The notes beneath the pieces are model-generated. The model did not search any database. It saw only the letters and a program-made list of their open reading frames with translations, and was not told the DNA's origin. From the NCBI GenBank assembly GCA_003278145.1, contig QCGV01000001.1, positions 323,626 through 387,625 on the forward strand: a stretch of DNA of 64,000 bases, in the 5' to 3' direction. How positions within the stretch are numbered: the stretch's first letter is position 1; every line of letters starts with the position of its first letter. Of this stretch, positions 30,684 to 42,768 are shown piece after piece. The position numbers were made by a program, and so were the translations under genes. This stretch comes from OCS116 cluster bacterium AG-390-A19. Its GTDB lineage: Bacteria > Pseudomonadota > Alphaproteobacteria > MED-G09.

Positions 30684-30793
30684 TATTTACTCCGAATCGA
30701 TATCTCCTTTTTTTATCTAAAAAATAGATCATAATAAGAACATATTTAATTTTATACAATAAATTCAGTTATTTAATTGTTATTGCAAAAATA

Positions 30794-30808
30794 GAACAAA
30801 AGTAGTAC
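30794..30808 (+). promoter_or_regulatory. Alphaproteobacterial LexA (SOS) box
   Basis: GAAC-aaaagta-GTAC (N7) just downstream of a TTGCAA -35-like hexamer, upstream of recA. Confidence 0.8.
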
Positions 30809-30850
30809 AAACTTAAATATAATTCTTCTTAAAAAATTGGAGTAACAAAA

Positions 30851-31978
30851 ATGAAAGAATCACTTAAAGCTATAGAAACTAAAGGAAATAAAGATATGGA
30901 TAAATCAAAATCGCTAGATGCTGCTCTTGGACAAATAGAAAAGCAGTTTGGAAAAGGCTCCATCATGAAATTGGGTGGTGATAAGGCGATAACTGAAATA
31001 GAGGGGGTTTCATCAGGTTCTCTTGGGCTTGATATTGCTCTTGGAATAGGTGGTTTTCCAAAAGGAAGAGTGATTGAAATTTATGGCCCAGAAAGCTCAG
31101 GTAAAACAACTTTGGCATTACATGCTATAGCCGAGGCTCAAAAAGCTGGAGGTGTTTGTGGTTTCATTGATGCAGAACATGCCCTAGACCCAATCTATGC
31201 TCGAAATCTTGGTGTAGAAATTGAAGATTTATTAATTTCACAACCTGACCATGGTGAACAAGCTCTCGAAATCGCTGATACCTTAATTCGATCTGCTGCA
31301 GTTGACGTTATTGTTATAGACTCTGTCGCAGCCTTAACTCCAAAGGCTGAACTTGACGGTGAAATGGGTGATAGTCTTCCTGGTCTTCAAGCACGTCTAA
31401 TGAGTCAAGCTTTAAGAAAATTAACAGCATCAATCTCTAAAACCAACTGTATGATTATTTTTATTAATCAAATTAGAATGAAGATAGGTGTTATGTTTGG
31501 AAGTCCGGAAACAACAACTGGAGGAAATGCATTAAAGTTCTATTCAACTGTTAGGTTGGATATCCGGCGCATTGGAGCCCTTAAGGACCGTGAAGACATT
31601 GTTGGAAATCAGACTCGGGTAAAGGTTGTAAAAAATAAAGTTGCGCCGCCATTTAAAACAATTGAATTTGATATTCTTTACGGAAAGGGTATCTCAAAAA
31701 AAGGTGAAATAATTGATATTGGTGTTGAAGCAGGAATAATCGAAAAATCTGGAACTTGGTATTCATACGAAGGAGAGCGTATGGGTCAGGGAAGAGAAAA
31801 TGTTAAAACATTTCTTGAAGAAAATCCTGATATTTCAGCGGCAATAGAAATCTCCATACGTGAGAGCGCTGGTTTGAAAATCGATCCTTCATTGATCAAG
31901 GATAAAGCAGCCTCTAAGCCTCAAATTACCGAAGACAGTAAAAGTAATGAAGAGGAGAGTGTTTCGGTCACGAAGTAA
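30851..31978 (+). CDS. recA: Recombinase A
   Basis: [32 protein letters not shown]. Confidence 0.99.
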   Translation: MKESLKAIETKGNKDMDKSKSLDAALGQIEKQFGKGSIMKLGGDKAITEIEGVSSGSLGLDIALGIGGFPKGRVIEIYGPESSGKTTLALHAIAEAQKAGGVCGFIDAEHALDPIYARNLGVEIEDLLISQPDHGEQALEIADTLIRSAAVDVIVIDSVAALTPKAELDGEMGDSLPGLQARLMSQALRKLTASISKTNCMIIFINQIRMKIGVMFGSPETTTGGNALKFYSTVRLDIRRIGALKDREDIVGNQTRVKVVKNKVAPPFKTIEFDILYGKGISKKGEIIDIGVEAGIIEKSGTWYSYEGERMGQGRENVKTFLEENPDISAAIEISIRESAGLKIDPSLIKDKAASKPQITEDSKSNEEESVSVTK

Positions 31979-32007
31979 ATTATTGCAAGAAATAACAAAT
32001 AGTCTAA

Positions 32008-32051
32008 ATATTGTGCTAAGCTAGTATTAATCTATTATCTTGGCACAATAT
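32008..32051. promoter_or_regulatory. Long inverted repeat / hairpin overlapping the alaS start codon
   Basis: atattgtgctaag (32008-32020) pairs with cttggcacaatat (32039-32051); inner tagta/tatta stem. Confidence 0.5.
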
Positions 32052-34611
32052 GACAAATTTGAATGAAATAAGGACTGAATTTTTAGATTTTTTTGAAAAA
32101 AATAATCACACCGTTTTACCCTCAAGTCCTGTAATACCTCAAAATGATCCAACCCTGATGTTTGTTAATGCTGGGATGGTTCCCTTTAAAGATTATTTCA
32201 TAGGAAATCAAAAGCCTGAAACTAAAAGAGCTGCTAGCTCTCAGAAATGCGTAAGGGCTGGTGGTAAACATAATGACTTAGATAATGTAGGTCATACAGC
32301 AAGGCATTTAACTTTCTTTGAAATGTTAGGAAATTTCTCTTTTGGAGATTACTTTAAAGAGGAGGCGATAAGCTTAGCATGGCAGCTTTTAACAAATCAG
32401 TTTGATATTCCAAAAGATCGTTTGTTAATTACAGTGTTTCATGAAGATGAAGAGGCTTTGAAAATATGGAAAAAAATATCAGGTTTTTCAGATGAAAAAA
32501 TTATAAGAATCTCAACTAATGATAATTTTTGGTCAATGGGGTCTGAAGGTCCTTGTGGACCTTGCTCGGAAATATTTTATGATCATGGAGATAGTGTCGA
32601 TGGAGGGCCTCCAGGCTCTAAAGACGAAGATGGTGATAGATTTGTAGAAATTTGGAATCTTGTTTTTATGCAATATTTAAAAAAAGAAAACCAAGAGCAA
32701 ACCTTACTTCCAAAACCCTCAATTGACACAGGTATGGGCCTTGAGAGGATTTCTGCTGTACTTCAAGGCAAGACAAGTAGTTTTGAAATAGATATTTTTA
32801 AATCACTAATAGGCAGTATCGAAGAACTAATTAAAGTTAAGTCTAATGATGAAAATATTGCTAGTTTTAGAATAATAGCTGATCACTTAAGATCTATTTC
32901 TTTTCTTATCGCAGATGGAGTCATTCCTTCAAATGAGGGTAGGGGTTATGTATTGAGAAGAATAATGCGAAGGGCAATGCGTCATTCTCATAAGCTAGGC
33001 TTTAATAAGCCAGTATTATTTGATCTATCTAAACTTATTATAAATCTTATGGATAACCCCTATAATGAACTTAAAAGAGCAGAGAAATTAATTAATATAA
33101 CTTTGCATAACGAGGAAGATAAATTTCTATCAACTTTATCTAGAGGTTTAAAAATTCTTGAAGAGGAGTCTAGGTTATTAGGTCCAGGTGATATTTTTGA
33201 CGGTAAAACTGCTTTTAAATTATACGATACTTATGGATTTCCAATTGATTTAACCGAGGATTTATTAAGAGATAAAGAATTATCGCTAAATAAAGACCAA
33301 TTCGACCTTGCAATGGAAAAACAAAAAGAAGATGCAAAGAAATCTTGGCTTGGCTCTGGTGAGAAAAAGACTGAAGAAATATGGTTTAAAGTTTCTGAAA
33401 TCAATAAAGAAACTGAATTCCTTGGTTATGAAAAAAATCAAATATCTGCAGAAGTTGTTTCAATAATTTCAGATAATAAACTCGTTGATAATATTGAAGA
33501 GGGTGATGAAGCAATTTTAATTTTTAACCAAACTCCTTTTTATGCTGAAAGCGGAGGTCAGGTTGGAGATATAGGGTTAATTTCTGGTAAAGAAATTGAA
33601 TTTACAGTTACTGATACTAAGAAAAAAATTAATAATATTCATGCACATATTGGAGTTTTAAAAAGAGGTAAAATTTTTAAAAATGATGTTTTAGACTTAT
33701 CCATTGATGAAACTCATAGAAATGAGATAAAGCTTAATCATTCCTCAACACACCTTCTTCATGAAGCGCTGAGGCAAGTTCTTGGAGAGCATGTAACACA
33801 AAAAGGGTCACAGGTTACCGCAAAAAAATTGCGTTTTGATTTTAGTCACAATAATCCAATTGAATATGATGATTTATTCAAAGTTGAAAAAATTATTAAT
33901 GAGCAAATAAAAAGTAATTCAAAAGTAAAAACGGAAATTTTATCATATGATAAGGCTGTTGAAAAAGGAGCTTTAGCATTATTTGGTGAAAAGTATGATG
34001 AAACAGTAAGAGTTCTATCCATGGGTAAAAATAATTTTTCAACTGAGTTATGTGGTGGTACTCACGTTGATACCCTTGAGGAAATTGGTTCATTTAAGTT
34101 AATAGCCCAAAGCTCTGTTGCATCTGGAGTAAGAAGATTGGAAGCAGTAACAGGTAATATGGTGAATTCAACAGAGACACTTCTTGAAAAAATATTAAAT
34201 CAAAAGAAAATCAAAGAGGATAAAAAATCAAATAAAAAGACAGAAGAAACTATTTCTAAAAAAATCTTAGATGGTGAAATTATAAAATTAGGTGAAGTCA
34301 GTTTATTTTTTGATTCTTTAAAAAATGTTAATGGTAAAAACTTAAGAAGTTTAATTGATGAATGTAAAAAGGATTATGAAAAATCGATTATTTGTCTAAT
34401 TAGCTCTGAAGAAAAAAAAGTAACAATAGCTGTAGGTGTTACTAATGATATTATAAATGAATATGACTCTGTTGAGTTGGTGAATATTGTTTCAGAAATA
34501 ATGAAGGGTAAAGGTGGTGGAGGAAGAAGAGATATGGCTCTTGCAGGGGGAACAGATATAAATAAGATTGATGATGCAAAGAAAATTTTAATTAATAAGA
34601 TAAAAGATTAA
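32050..34611 (+). CDS. alaS: Alanine--tRNA ligase
   Basis: QKCVRAGGKHNDL, EIWNLVFMQ, DTGMGLER, editing HSSTH and ELCGGTH, GGG C-Ala. Confidence 0.99.
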   Translation: MTNLNEIRTEFLDFFEKNNHTVLPSSPVIPQNDPTLMFVNAGMVPFKDYFIGNQKPETKRAASSQKCVRAGGKHNDLDNVGHTARHLTFFEMLGNFSFGDYFKEEAISLAWQLLTNQFDIPKDRLLITVFHEDEEALKIWKKISGFSDEKIIRISTNDNFWSMGSEGPCGPCSEIFYDHGDSVDGGPPGSKDEDGDRFVEIWNLVFMQYLKKENQEQTLLPKPSIDTGMGLERISAVLQGKTSSFEIDIFKSLIGSIEELIKVKSNDENIASFRIIADHLRSISFLIADGVIPSNEGRGYVLRRIMRRAMRHSHKLGFNKPVLFDLSKLIINLMDNPYNELKRAEKLINITLHNEEDKFLSTLSRGLKILEEESRLLGPGDIFDGKTAFKLYDTYGFPIDLTEDLLRDKELSLNKDQFDLAMEKQKEDAKKSWLGSGEKKTEEIWFKVSEINKETEFLGYEKNQISAEVVSIISDNKLVDNIEEGDEAILIFNQTPFYAESGGQVGDIGLISGKEIEFTVTDTKKKINNIHAHIGVLKRGKIFKNDVLDLSIDETHRNEIKLNHSSTHLLHEALRQVLGEHVTQKGSQVTAKKLRFDFSHNNPIEYDDLFKVEKIINEQIKSNSKVKTEILSYDKAVEKGALALFGEKYDETVRVLSMGKNNFSTELCGGTHVDTLEEIGSFKLIAQSSVASGVRRLEAVTGNMVNSTETLLEKILNQKKIKEDKKSNKKTEETISKKILDGEIIKLGEVSLFFDSLKNVNGKNLRSLIDECKKDYEKSIICLISSEEKKVTIAVGVTNDIINEYDSVELVNIVSEIMKGKGGGGRRDMALAGGTDINKIDDAKKILINKIKD

Positions 34612-34613
34612 AA

Positions 34614-35834
34614 TTAATTTTTTTCCATCTCATCTTGTAAGTTGCTATCAACTTTATCTAGAAATTGCTCTGTTGTAAGCCAATCCTGTTGAGGACCAAC
34701 TAACAAAGCAAGATCTTTTGTCATCGATCCTTTTTCAACAGTCTTGATACAAACTTTTTCTAATTTTAATGCAAATTCTTTTAATTTTGCATTGTCATCT
34801 AACTTTGCCCTGTGCTGTAAACCTCGTGTCCATGCAAAAATTGAAGCAATAGAGTTAGTTGAGGTTTCTTTCCCTTCTTGATGTAAGCGATAATGACGTG
34901 TGACCGTTCCATGTGCAGCCTCTGCCTCAACAGTTTTACCATCGGGAGTCATTAATACACTTGTCATTAATCCTAATGAACCAAAACCTTGTGCAACTGT
35001 ATCTGATTGAACATCTCCGTCATAATTTTTTGTAGCCCATACAAATGCACCTGACCATTTTAGAGCACAAGCTACCATGTCATCAATTAATCTATGTTCA
35101 TATATTATATTTTTTTCTTTAAATTGATCTTCATATTCTTCTTCGAAGACTTTTTGAAACAAATCTTTAAAACGTCCATCGTACGCTTTCAAAATTGTAT
35201 TTTTTGTTGATAAATATACAGGCCACTCTCTAATAAGACCATAATTCATACAGGCTCTAGCAAAATTCTTAATAGATTCGTCTGTGTTATACATTCCTAA
35301 AGCAATACCACCACCTGGAAAATTATACACATCCTCTTCAATTAATTGCTTTCCATCTTCAGACTCCCATTTTATAGAAAGTTTTCCTTTAGAAGGAACA
35401 ACAAAATCTGTAGCTCTATACTGATCACCAAATGCATGTCGGCCAACTACAATTGGCTGGGTCCACCCTGGAACTAATCGAGGAATATTTTGACAGAGAA
35501 TTGGCTCTCTAAATACTGTACCATCTAATATATTTCTTATGGTACCATTAGGAGACTTCCACATTTTTTTTAGATTAAATTCTTCAACCCTATCCTCATC
35601 AGGAGTAATTGTTGCACACTTGATTCCAACACCACATTTTTTTATTGCTTCAGCAGAATCTATTGTGATTTGATCATCTGTTTCATCACGACTTTGTATG
35701 CCTAAATCATAATATTGAATATCTATATCTAAATATGGAAGAATTAATTTTTCTTTTATTAGCTTCCATATAATTCTTGTCATTTCATCGCCGTCTAAAT
35801 CAACTACGGGATTTTCTACTTTTATTTTAGACAT
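34614..35834 (-). CDS. icd: NADP-dependent isocitrate dehydrogenase (type II)
   Basis: [35 protein letters not shown]. Confidence 0.98.
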   Translation of the reverse strand: MSKIKVENPVVDLDGDEMTRIIWKLIKEKLILPYLDIDIQYYDLGIQSRDETDDQITIDSAEAIKKCGVGIKCATITPDEDRVEEFNLKKMWKSPNGTIRNILDGTVFREPILCQNIPRLVPGWTQPIVVGRHAFGDQYRATDFVVPSKGKLSIKWESEDGKQLIEEDVYNFPGGGIALGMYNTDESIKNFARACMNYGLIREWPVYLSTKNTILKAYDGRFKDLFQKVFEEEYEDQFKEKNIIYEHRLIDDMVACALKWSGAFVWATKNYDGDVQSDTVAQGFGSLGLMTSVLMTPDGKTVEAEAAHGTVTRHYRLHQEGKETSTNSIASIFAWTRGLQHRAKLDDNAKLKEFALKLEKVCIKTVEKGSMTKDLALLVGPQQDWLTTEQFLDKVDSNLQDEMEKN

Positions 35835-35934
35835 TCACATTTCCACTAGATAAATTTTTAAATAATGTTACTCAATAACACATAGATTTGTTATTTCAAC
35901 ATCATTAACAAAATAATAATATAAAAATTAGATA

Positions 35935-36756
35935 ATGGAAAAAAATATTTTAAAAAATAATATAGCAATAATCCTTGTAGAACCGCAACTCGGAGAAAAT
36001 ATTGGTACCACGGCTAGGGCGATGCTCAATTTTGGGTTTGAAAACCTTATTTTAGTTAATCCAAGAGATGATTGGCCAAATGATTATGCTATAAAAGCAG
36101 CTGCTGGGGCAATTAAAGTTATTGATAGGGCAAAGATCTTTAAAAATCTTGAGGAAGCGCTTTCTGATTTTAATTTTGCTTTTTCAACAACCATTCGACC
36201 AAGGGATATGGTTAAGCCAGTGAATGGGTTAGAAAAAATGGCTCAAAAAACCTTTAAAAAACTAGAAATGCATCAAAAAATAGCATTTATTTTTGGTAGA
36301 GAGAAATCAGGTTTAACTAATCATCAAATTTCTTTGACTGACGAAATTATTGAAATTCCTACCAATAAAGATTTTTCCTCCTTGAATCTTGCTCAAGCAG
36401 TTATTTTAATTGTTTCGGAATTAAATCGTATGGAAGTGAGTTATTTTAAAGAGGAAATGGTTATCCCTGATAGCTTTCCAGCTAATAAGAAAGATTTAAT
36501 ATCTTTCTTTAATCATTTGGAGAGAGCATTAGACGAGTCTGGTTTTTTAAAACCTAAAGAAAAAAAACCTACAATGATGATGAATATAAGAAATATCTTT
36601 AATCGTTCAAATCTAACAGACCAAGAGGTAAAAACTTTGAGAGGTATTATTACTGCGTTATTAAGATGGCCAAGTTATGAAAAAGATGAAGAAAAAACCA
36701 AAAAAATTAAAAAAATTGCTGATGGAAGTTTAAATAAACATAATAAAGAACATTGA
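35935..36756 (+). CDS. trmJ: SPOUT tRNA methyltransferase, TrmJ/LasT family
   Basis: ENIGTTARAM, FGREKSGL, SSLNLAQA. Confidence 0.85.
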   Translation: MEKNILKNNIAIILVEPQLGENIGTTARAMLNFGFENLILVNPRDDWPNDYAIKAAAGAIKVIDRAKIFKNLEEALSDFNFAFSTTIRPRDMVKPVNGLEKMAQKTFKKLEMHQKIAFIFGREKSGLTNHQISLTDEIIEIPTNKDFSSLNLAQAVILIVSELNRMEVSYFKEEMVIPDSFPANKKDLISFFNHLERALDESGFLKPKEKKPTMMMNIRNIFNRSNLTDQEVKTLRGIITALLRWPSYEKDEEKTKKIKKIADGSLNKHNKEH

Positions 36757-36830
36757 CTTAATGTTATATTATCTTTACTAAATCCCGTTTAAATAAAGAT
36801 TTAATTTTCTTTTAAAAATTTGAGGTATTA

Positions 36831-37451
36831 ATGACTAAAAGAATACAAGCTAAGTATAAGATCGATAGACGTATGGGGGAGAATATTTGGGGACGTCCAA
36901 AAAGCCCTATAAATTTAAGATCTTATGGACCAGGACAACACGGTCAAGGTAGAAAAGGGAAGCTTTCAGATTTTGGACTTCAAATGAGAGCTAAACAAAA
37001 GCTTAAAGGTTATTATGGTAATATCACTGAAAAACAGTTTAAAAGAATTTTTAAAGAAGCTGAGAGAATTAAAGGTGATACATCTGAAAATTTAATTGGT
37101 CTTCTAGAAAGACGTTTAGATGCAATTGTTTACAGAGCTAAATTTGTTCCAACTGTTTTTTCAGCTAGACAGTTTATTAACCATGGTCATGTAAAAGTAA
37201 ATGGAAGAAGAGTTAATATCCCATCTTATAGAGTTAAGACAACTGACATAATTGAAATCAAAGATAAATCGAAAGGTTTGGAGGTTGTTTTAAGAGGAAC
37301 TGAGAGCTCTGAAAGAGATATACCTGACTATATAGAGGTTGATGGTAAAAAAATGTCAGCAAAGATTACTAGGATACCAAATCTTTCTGAGGTTCCTTAT
37401 CCCGTTCAAATGGAACCAAATCTTGTAGTTGAGTTTTATTCAAGAAACTAA
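36831..37451 (+). CDS. rpsD: 30S ribosomal protein S4
   Basis: [27 protein letters not shown]. Confidence 0.99.
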   Translation: MTKRIQAKYKIDRRMGENIWGRPKSPINLRSYGPGQHGQGRKGKLSDFGLQMRAKQKLKGYYGNITEKQFKRIFKEAERIKGDTSENLIGLLERRLDAIVYRAKFVPTVFSARQFINHGHVKVNGRRVNIPSYRVKTTDIIEIKDKSKGLEVVLRGTESSERDIPDYIEVDGKKMSAKITRIPNLSEVPYPVQMEPNLVVEFYSRN

Positions 37452-37455
37452 ATTT

Positions 37456-37782
37456 TCAACTTAATAAATTTTCGTTTTCAAAAATCTCTTTAAGTTCACC
37501 ATTCTCAAACATTTCTTTAATAATATCACATCCCCCCATTAATTCGCCTTTAACATAAAGTTGAGGGATTGTTGGCCAATTAGAAAATTCTTTTATTCCT
37601 TCTCTTATACCTTCATTATCAAGAACATTTGTAGTAGTAAAAGGTACTTCTAAATAAGTTAAAATCTGAACAACTGTACTTGAGAAACCACATTGTGGAA
37701 ATAAAGGCGTCCCCTTCATAAATAAATGAACATCATTTGAGTTAATTTCTTGCTCAATTGATTCTTTGATTTTTTTATCCAT
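37456..37782 (-). CDS. grxD: Monothiol glutaredoxin
   Basis: [18 protein letters not shown]. Confidence 0.97.
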   Translation of the reverse strand: MDKKIKESIEQEINSNDVHLFMKGTPLFPQCGFSSTVVQILTYLEVPFTTTNVLDNEGIREGIKEFSNWPTIPQLYVKGELMGGCDIIKEMFENGELKEIFENENLLS

Positions 37783-37785
37783 TAA

Positions 37786-38022
37786 TTATTCCTTTGGTAC
37801 CTCTGTTTTTATTGATAGAGCATGAAGGGTATAGCCCATCTTTTTTCCTAATACATCATATACTAGCTTATGCTGATTAATTTTACTTAATCCTCTAAAT
37901 TTATTTGATATAATTTTTACTGCATAATGATCATTATCTCCAGCTAAATCTTGAATTTCAATTACTGATTCAGATAGCCCATTATTTAAAACCTCAAATA
38001 ATTCATCTTTTGTCATGCCCAT
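37786..38022 (-). CDS. BolA family protein
   Basis: DLAGDNDHY, F.GLS...QHK.VY, LHAL; next to grxD. Confidence 0.93.
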   Translation of the reverse strand: MGMTKDELFEVLNNGLSESVIEIQDLAGDNDHYAVKIISNKFRGLSKINQHKLVYDVLGKKMGYTLHALSIKTEVPKE

Positions 38023-38023
38023 T

Positions 38024-40216
38024 TTAATTACTCTTTAGGTAGCTTTTAAACCAATTCTCATAGAGATCTCTTAGTTCCTCAATATCTATTTCATTATCTC
38101 TATCGATTTTAATTTTTTTTCCGTTTGTTTTTCCAATATTTAAATAAGATATGTTACTTTTTTTAATATATTCAATAGCATCATTTAAATTTTTATCTTC
38201 AACTGAAATAATATATCTCCCCTGATCTTCTCCAAAAAGAAAGCTGTAATTAAGATTACTTTTGTCTATGTTTAATTGAAAACCAATTTCCCCTGATATT
38301 GACATTTCTGTCAGCGCAATAAGAAGCCCTCCATCAGAAATATCATGGACAGTATCAATTTTAAGTTTTGTAACTAAATTTCTTACCAGGTCTCCAGTTT
38401 TTTTCTCCAAAATAAGGTCTACTTTTGGCGGTAAACCCTGACTATCTCCAAAAATTTCATAGGCAAAAACTGATTGACATAAATGCCCTTTTGTATCCCC
38501 TAATATAATAATATTTTCATTTGTTCTTTTAAAATTTGGTGTAGAAAAATGATCAAGACTTTCTAATAATCCAACACCTCCAATCGCTGGAGTGGGATTA
38601 ATTCCTTTTCCATTTGTTTCATTATATAAAGATACATTTCCTGAAACGACAGGATAGTCGAGTATCTCACAAGCCTCAACCATTCCATTAATTACACCAG
38701 CAAATTGACCCATTATTTCCTCTTTTTCAGGGTTACCAAAATTCATACAGTCAGTAATTGCAATTGGTTTTGCTCCTACGGATGTTATATTTCTCCACGA
38801 TTCAGCAACTGCTTGTTTTCCACCCTCTGTTGGATCTGCCGCACAATACCTCGGGGTAGAGTCAGAGCAAACAGCAAGTGCTTTATTTGTTCCGTGAACT
38901 CTTATAATTGCCGAATCACCCCCTGGCCTTAAAATAGTATCATTCATAACCATGTGATCATATTGCTCCCAAACCCATCTTCTACTACATAGATTTGGCG
39001 AGGATATTAATTTCTTTAGTATATCAATTATTTTTTTATCTGATTTTAGCAGGTAAGATTGATCTACTTCAGGATTAGTAACAATTTTATAAGGTCTATT
39101 GTAAGAAGGAGCTCCACTTTCTAAAATATTAAGAGGTATATCAGCTTTTTTTTCACTTTCATGTTTTATTACAATGTGATTAGTATCCGTTAATACCCCT
39201 ATAGTTGCAAAGTCTAAGCCCCATTTATCAAAAACAGATTTTGCTTCCTTCTCTTTTTCTGGTTCGATAATCATGAGCATTCTTTCCTGACTTTCTGAAA
39301 GCATCATTTCATACGCAGTCATTAAAGCCTCTCTACAAGGAAGTTTATCTAGATTTAAATCAATGCCAACATTTCCCTTGCTAGCCATTTCTACTGCAGA
39401 TGATGTTAATCCTGCAGCACCCATATCTTGGATTGCAATTATAATATCTTCTTTCATTAACTCTAGGCATGCCTCAAGGAGAAGTTTTTCAGCAAAAGGA
39501 TCACCAACTTGAACTGTTGGTCTTTTTTCGTCAGAAGAGTCATCGAATTCAGCAGATGCCATTGTTGCACCGTGAATTCCATCTCTTCCAGTTTTAGACC
39601 CTACATAAACAACAGAATTTCCAATTCCAGATGCTTTAGAATAAAAAATCTTGTTAATTTTAGCAATTCCAACACACATGGCGTTGACTAGGATATTATC
39701 ATTATAACAAGCATTAAACTCAACTTCTCCTCCTACAGTTGGGACACCCATGCAATTACCATAACCACCAATACCTGAAACAACCCCAGTAAGTAGATGT
39801 TTTGTTTTAGAATGATTTATATCACCAAACCTTAGTGAATTAAGAAGAGCAACTGGTCTTGCACCCATTGTAAAGACGTCGCGCATAATTCCACCAACTC
39901 CAGTTGCAGCCCCCTGATAGGGTTCTATATAAGATGGATGATTATGACTTTCCATTTTAAAAACAGCTGCATCACCATCACCTAAATCTATGACACCTGC
40001 ATTTTCACCTGGTCCTTGAATAACCTTATCGTTACTAGTAGGTAATTTTTTTAACCATGTTTTTGAAGATTTATATGAACAGTGTTCCGACCACATCGCA
40101 GAGAAAATTCCTAGTTCTGTTATAGTTGGCTCTCTACCAAGAGACTCAAGAATGAAACTATACTCTTTATCATTTATGCCGTGTTCATCTATAAGCTCTT
40201 TGGTTATTTTGATCAT
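38024..40216 (-). CDS. purL: Phosphoribosylformylglycinamidine synthase subunit PurL
   Basis: [30 protein letters not shown]. Confidence 0.98.
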   Translation of the reverse strand: MIKITKELIDEHGINDKEYSFILESLGREPTITELGIFSAMWSEHCSYKSSKTWLKKLPTSNDKVIQGPGENAGVIDLGDGDAAVFKMESHNHPSYIEPYQGAATGVGGIMRDVFTMGARPVALLNSLRFGDINHSKTKHLLTGVVSGIGGYGNCMGVPTVGGEVEFNACYNDNILVNAMCVGIAKINKIFYSKASGIGNSVVYVGSKTGRDGIHGATMASAEFDDSSDEKRPTVQVGDPFAEKLLLEACLELMKEDIIIAIQDMGAAGLTSSAVEMASKGNVGIDLNLDKLPCREALMTAYEMMLSESQERMLMIIEPEKEKEAKSVFDKWGLDFATIGVLTDTNHIVIKHESEKKADIPLNILESGAPSYNRPYKIVTNPEVDQSYLLKSDKKIIDILKKLISSPNLCSRRWVWEQYDHMVMNDTILRPGGDSAIIRVHGTNKALAVCSDSTPRYCAADPTEGGKQAVAESWRNITSVGAKPIAITDCMNFGNPEKEEIMGQFAGVINGMVEACEILDYPVVSGNVSLYNETNGKGINPTPAIGGVGLLESLDHFSTPNFKRTNENIIILGDTKGHLCQSVFAYEIFGDSQGLPPKVDLILEKKTGDLVRNLVTKLKIDTVHDISDGGLLIALTEMSISGEIGFQLNIDKSNLNYSFLFGEDQGRYIISVEDKNLNDAIEYIKKSNISYLNIGKTNGKKIKIDRDNEIDIEELRDLYENWFKSYLKSN

Positions 40217-40902
40217 TGAATTGACTCTAAGACTGAAATGAAGAATTTTTCTCCATCAATTAAACCAGCTACTTTATCTGTAGCTCTCTCAGGATGAGGC
40301 ATCATTCCAAGAATATTCCCTTGTTCATTTATTATTCCTGCAATGTTATTTTTTGAACCATTAGGATTTGTTTCATCATTTACAATTCCATCTTTGTTGC
40401 AATATCTAAAGGCAACAAGATCTTTATCTTCAATATTATTAATAGTCTTTTGATCTGCGAAATAATTACCTTCATTATGTGCAACTGGGATCTCAATTAT
40501 TTCATTAGCTGAGTATTTATGAGTAAATCTTGATTTAGAGTTTTCTACCTTTAATGGTAAATTCTTACAAATAAATGATAAGTCTCTATTCCTGATTAGA
40601 GTGCCAGGTAATAAATTTGTTTCTGTCAAAATTTGGAAACCATTACATATACCAATTATAAATGTTCCGTTTTCACCACATTTAATTATTTCAGACATTA
40701 TTGGGCTATTAGCAGCCATTGACCCACATCTCAAATAGTCACCATATGAGAAACCTCCTGGCAAAACAATCAAATCGCTTTTTGGTAAAGTTTGTTCCTT
40801 ATGCCATACCATTTTAGGGTTACTTTTGAAGACTTTTTTTAGAGAAACAGCAATATCTCTATCGCAATTAGAGCCAGGAAAAACAATTACTGATATTTCC
40901 AT
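40213..40902 (-). CDS. purQ: Phosphoribosylformylglycinamidine synthase subunit PurQ
   Basis: [29 protein letters not shown]. Confidence 0.98.
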   Translation of the reverse strand: MEISVIVFPGSNCDRDIAVSLKKVFKSNPKMVWHKEQTLPKSDLIVLPGGFSYGDYLRCGSMAANSPIMSEIIKCGENGTFIIGICNGFQILTETNLLPGTLIRNRDLSFICKNLPLKVENSKSRFTHKYSANEIIEIPVAHNEGNYFADQKTINNIEDKDLVAFRYCNKDGIVNDETNPNGSKNNIAGIINEQGNILGMMPHPERATDKVAGLIDGEKFFISVLESIQ

Positions 40903-41150
40903 TATTCTTCCTTTGTGATAGTAATTTCATAATCTTCAATTACTAAGTTAGCCAGTAGTTGTTTGCTTGCATCCTCCACAATTTTTTGCGCATCATTCTC
41001 ATTAATGGAATCTATTTCAATTTCAATTAGTTTTCCTTGAATAACACTATTTATTTGAGAAAATCCTAGTTGGTTTAATGATTTTTCTATTGCCTTTCCT
41101 TGGGGATCTAGGACACCTTTTTTTGGCATTATTTTTACAAGTGCTTTCAT
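40902..41150 (-). CDS. purS: Phosphoribosylformylglycinamidine synthase subunit PurS
   Basis: VLDPQG, LLAN.VIEDY. Confidence 0.97.
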   Translation of the reverse strand: MKALVKIMPKKGVLDPQGKAIEKSLNQLGFSQINSVIQGKLIEIEIDSINENDAQKIVEDASKQLLANLVIEDYEITITKEE

Positions 41151-41169
41151 AAAGTCTCTTAATAATTAT

Positions 41170-41898
41170 TTATATATTTGAGAGATCTATTTCTAAACGA
41201 GTCGCTACTTCTTTGTAAGCCTCAATTAATCCACCAATATTTCTTCTAAATCTATCTTTGTCTAATTTTTCATTTGAACTCATATCCCAAAGACGACAAG
41301 AATCCGGACTAATTTCATCAGCAAGTATAATTTCAGAAACATTCTTAGAGTGAAATCTTCCAAATTCAATTTTAAAATCAACAAGAGTAATATTTATTTT
41401 TTTAAAAAGATCAGAGAGGAGCATGTTTATTTGAAGTGCATTTTTTTTCATTATTTCGATCTCATCTGACTTAGCCCATCCAAAAACTTTCATATGTTCT
41501 TCGGAAACAAGAGGATCATCATTCTCATCATCCTTCAAATTAAACTCTATTAAAGTCTTTGGGAGGTGTTTTCCTTCATCAATTCCAAATCTTTGTGAAA
41601 AAGTACCTGCAGCAATATTTCTTACAACTACTTCAATTGGAATTATTTCTACTCGTTTAATTAGTTGCTCTCGTGGACTTAGTCTTTTTATGAAATGATT
41701 AGAAATATTATTCTTATCAAGATAAATAAAAATATATTCGCTAATGAGATTATTTAAGACACCTTTGCTATCGATTATCTCGTGTTTCTTTTTATTAAAG
41801 GCTGTTGCATCATCTTTAAAGAATTGAATCAATTCAGAAGGCTTCTCTGTTTCATACAGTTGCTTTGCCTTGCCTTCATATAAAATTTTTTTTGACAT
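41170..41898 (-). CDS. purC: SAICAR synthase
   Basis: YEGKAK, FKDDATA, DFKIEFG, ADEISPD, DKDRFR. Confidence 0.98.
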   Translation of the reverse strand: MSKKILYEGKAKQLYETEKPSELIQFFKDDATAFNKKKHEIIDSKGVLNNLISEYIFIYLDKNNISNHFIKRLSPREQLIKRVEIIPIEVVVRNIAAGTFSQRFGIDEGKHLPKTLIEFNLKDDENDDPLVSEEHMKVFGWAKSDEIEIMKKNALQINMLLSDLFKKINITLVDFKIEFGRFHSKNVSEIILADEISPDSCRLWDMSSNEKLDKDRFRRNIGGLIEAYKEVATRLEIDLSNI

Positions 41899-41911
41899 TA
41901 TTACCTTCTAA

Positions 41912-42664
41912 CTAATTGTAATTAAATGAATTTTTTGATAAATAAATTTTGAATTTCTCTTCGGTAAGAGTTAAAAACTCTTTATCAAGTGACTTTATAA
42001 CTACGTTTACACCAAAATCCTTTTCTGAGTTAAAAAAAGGATAGCTTCCAATTTTGATATTTTCGTTTTCATCATTTAGAGATTTTAATACAGGAGCAAT
42101 ATCGCCTTCAACAGCATCAACTTTTACTGTTATAGTATGAATTAGATTACCTTTATTCAAAAAACCTAAAGAATTATCCAGCATAGATTTCATAATTTTT
42201 GGAATACCTGCAAACACAAAAACATTATTTATTTTAAAGCCTGGCGCTGCAGAAATAGGGTTTTCTATTAATGTTGCACCTTTAGGTATTCTTGCCATTC
42301 TTTGACGTACTTCATTAAATTCTGATCCAATTGATTTATAATATTTTTTTAAAATATCATAAGCTTCTGAATTTACTTCTAAATCAACTCCAAAAGCTTC
42401 AGCAACACTATCTGCGGTAATATCGTCATGCGTTGGGCCTATTCCGCCAGTTGTAAACAAATAATTATTTTTATTTCTCAATTCATTTACACTGTTAATA
42501 ATTATATTTTTTTTATCTGGGATTACTCTTATTTCACTGGTGGTTATTCCCATCATTTCTAACTCTTTGGCTATATAATTAGAGTTTGTATCTTGGGTTC
42601 TTCCAGATAAAATTTCATCTCCAATAACAAGAATAGCAGCAGAATATTTTTCTTTTTTAATCAT
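41912..42664 (-). CDS. CinA-like molybdopterin-binding-domain protein
   Basis: IGDEILSG...DTN, TGGIGPTHDDIT. Confidence 0.9.
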   Translation of the reverse strand: MIKKEKYSAAILVIGDEILSGRTQDTNSNYIAKELEMMGITTSEIRVIPDKKNIIINSVNELRNKNNYLFTTGGIGPTHDDITADSVAEAFGVDLEVNSEAYDILKKYYKSIGSEFNEVRQRMARIPKGATLIENPISAAPGFKINNVFVFAGIPKIMKSMLDNSLGFLNKGNLIHTITVKVDAVEGDIAPVLKSLNDENENIKIGSYPFFNSEKDFGVNVVIKSLDKEFLTLTEEKFKIYLSKNSFNYN

Positions 42665-42768
42665 ATAATTTTATATCAGGATAGGTTAATTACAACAATA
42701 GCTTCATAGACTAGCTGTATAAAATTTTATAATATATAAATACAATATGAAACGATGGGGAAATTAAA

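Noticed and set aside
34140-34300. Short, Lys-rich linker before the AlaRS C-terminal domain as a deletion or pseudogene
   Set aside because: The frame is intact with all catalytic, editing and C-Ala motifs; shortened linkers are expected in streamlined genomes
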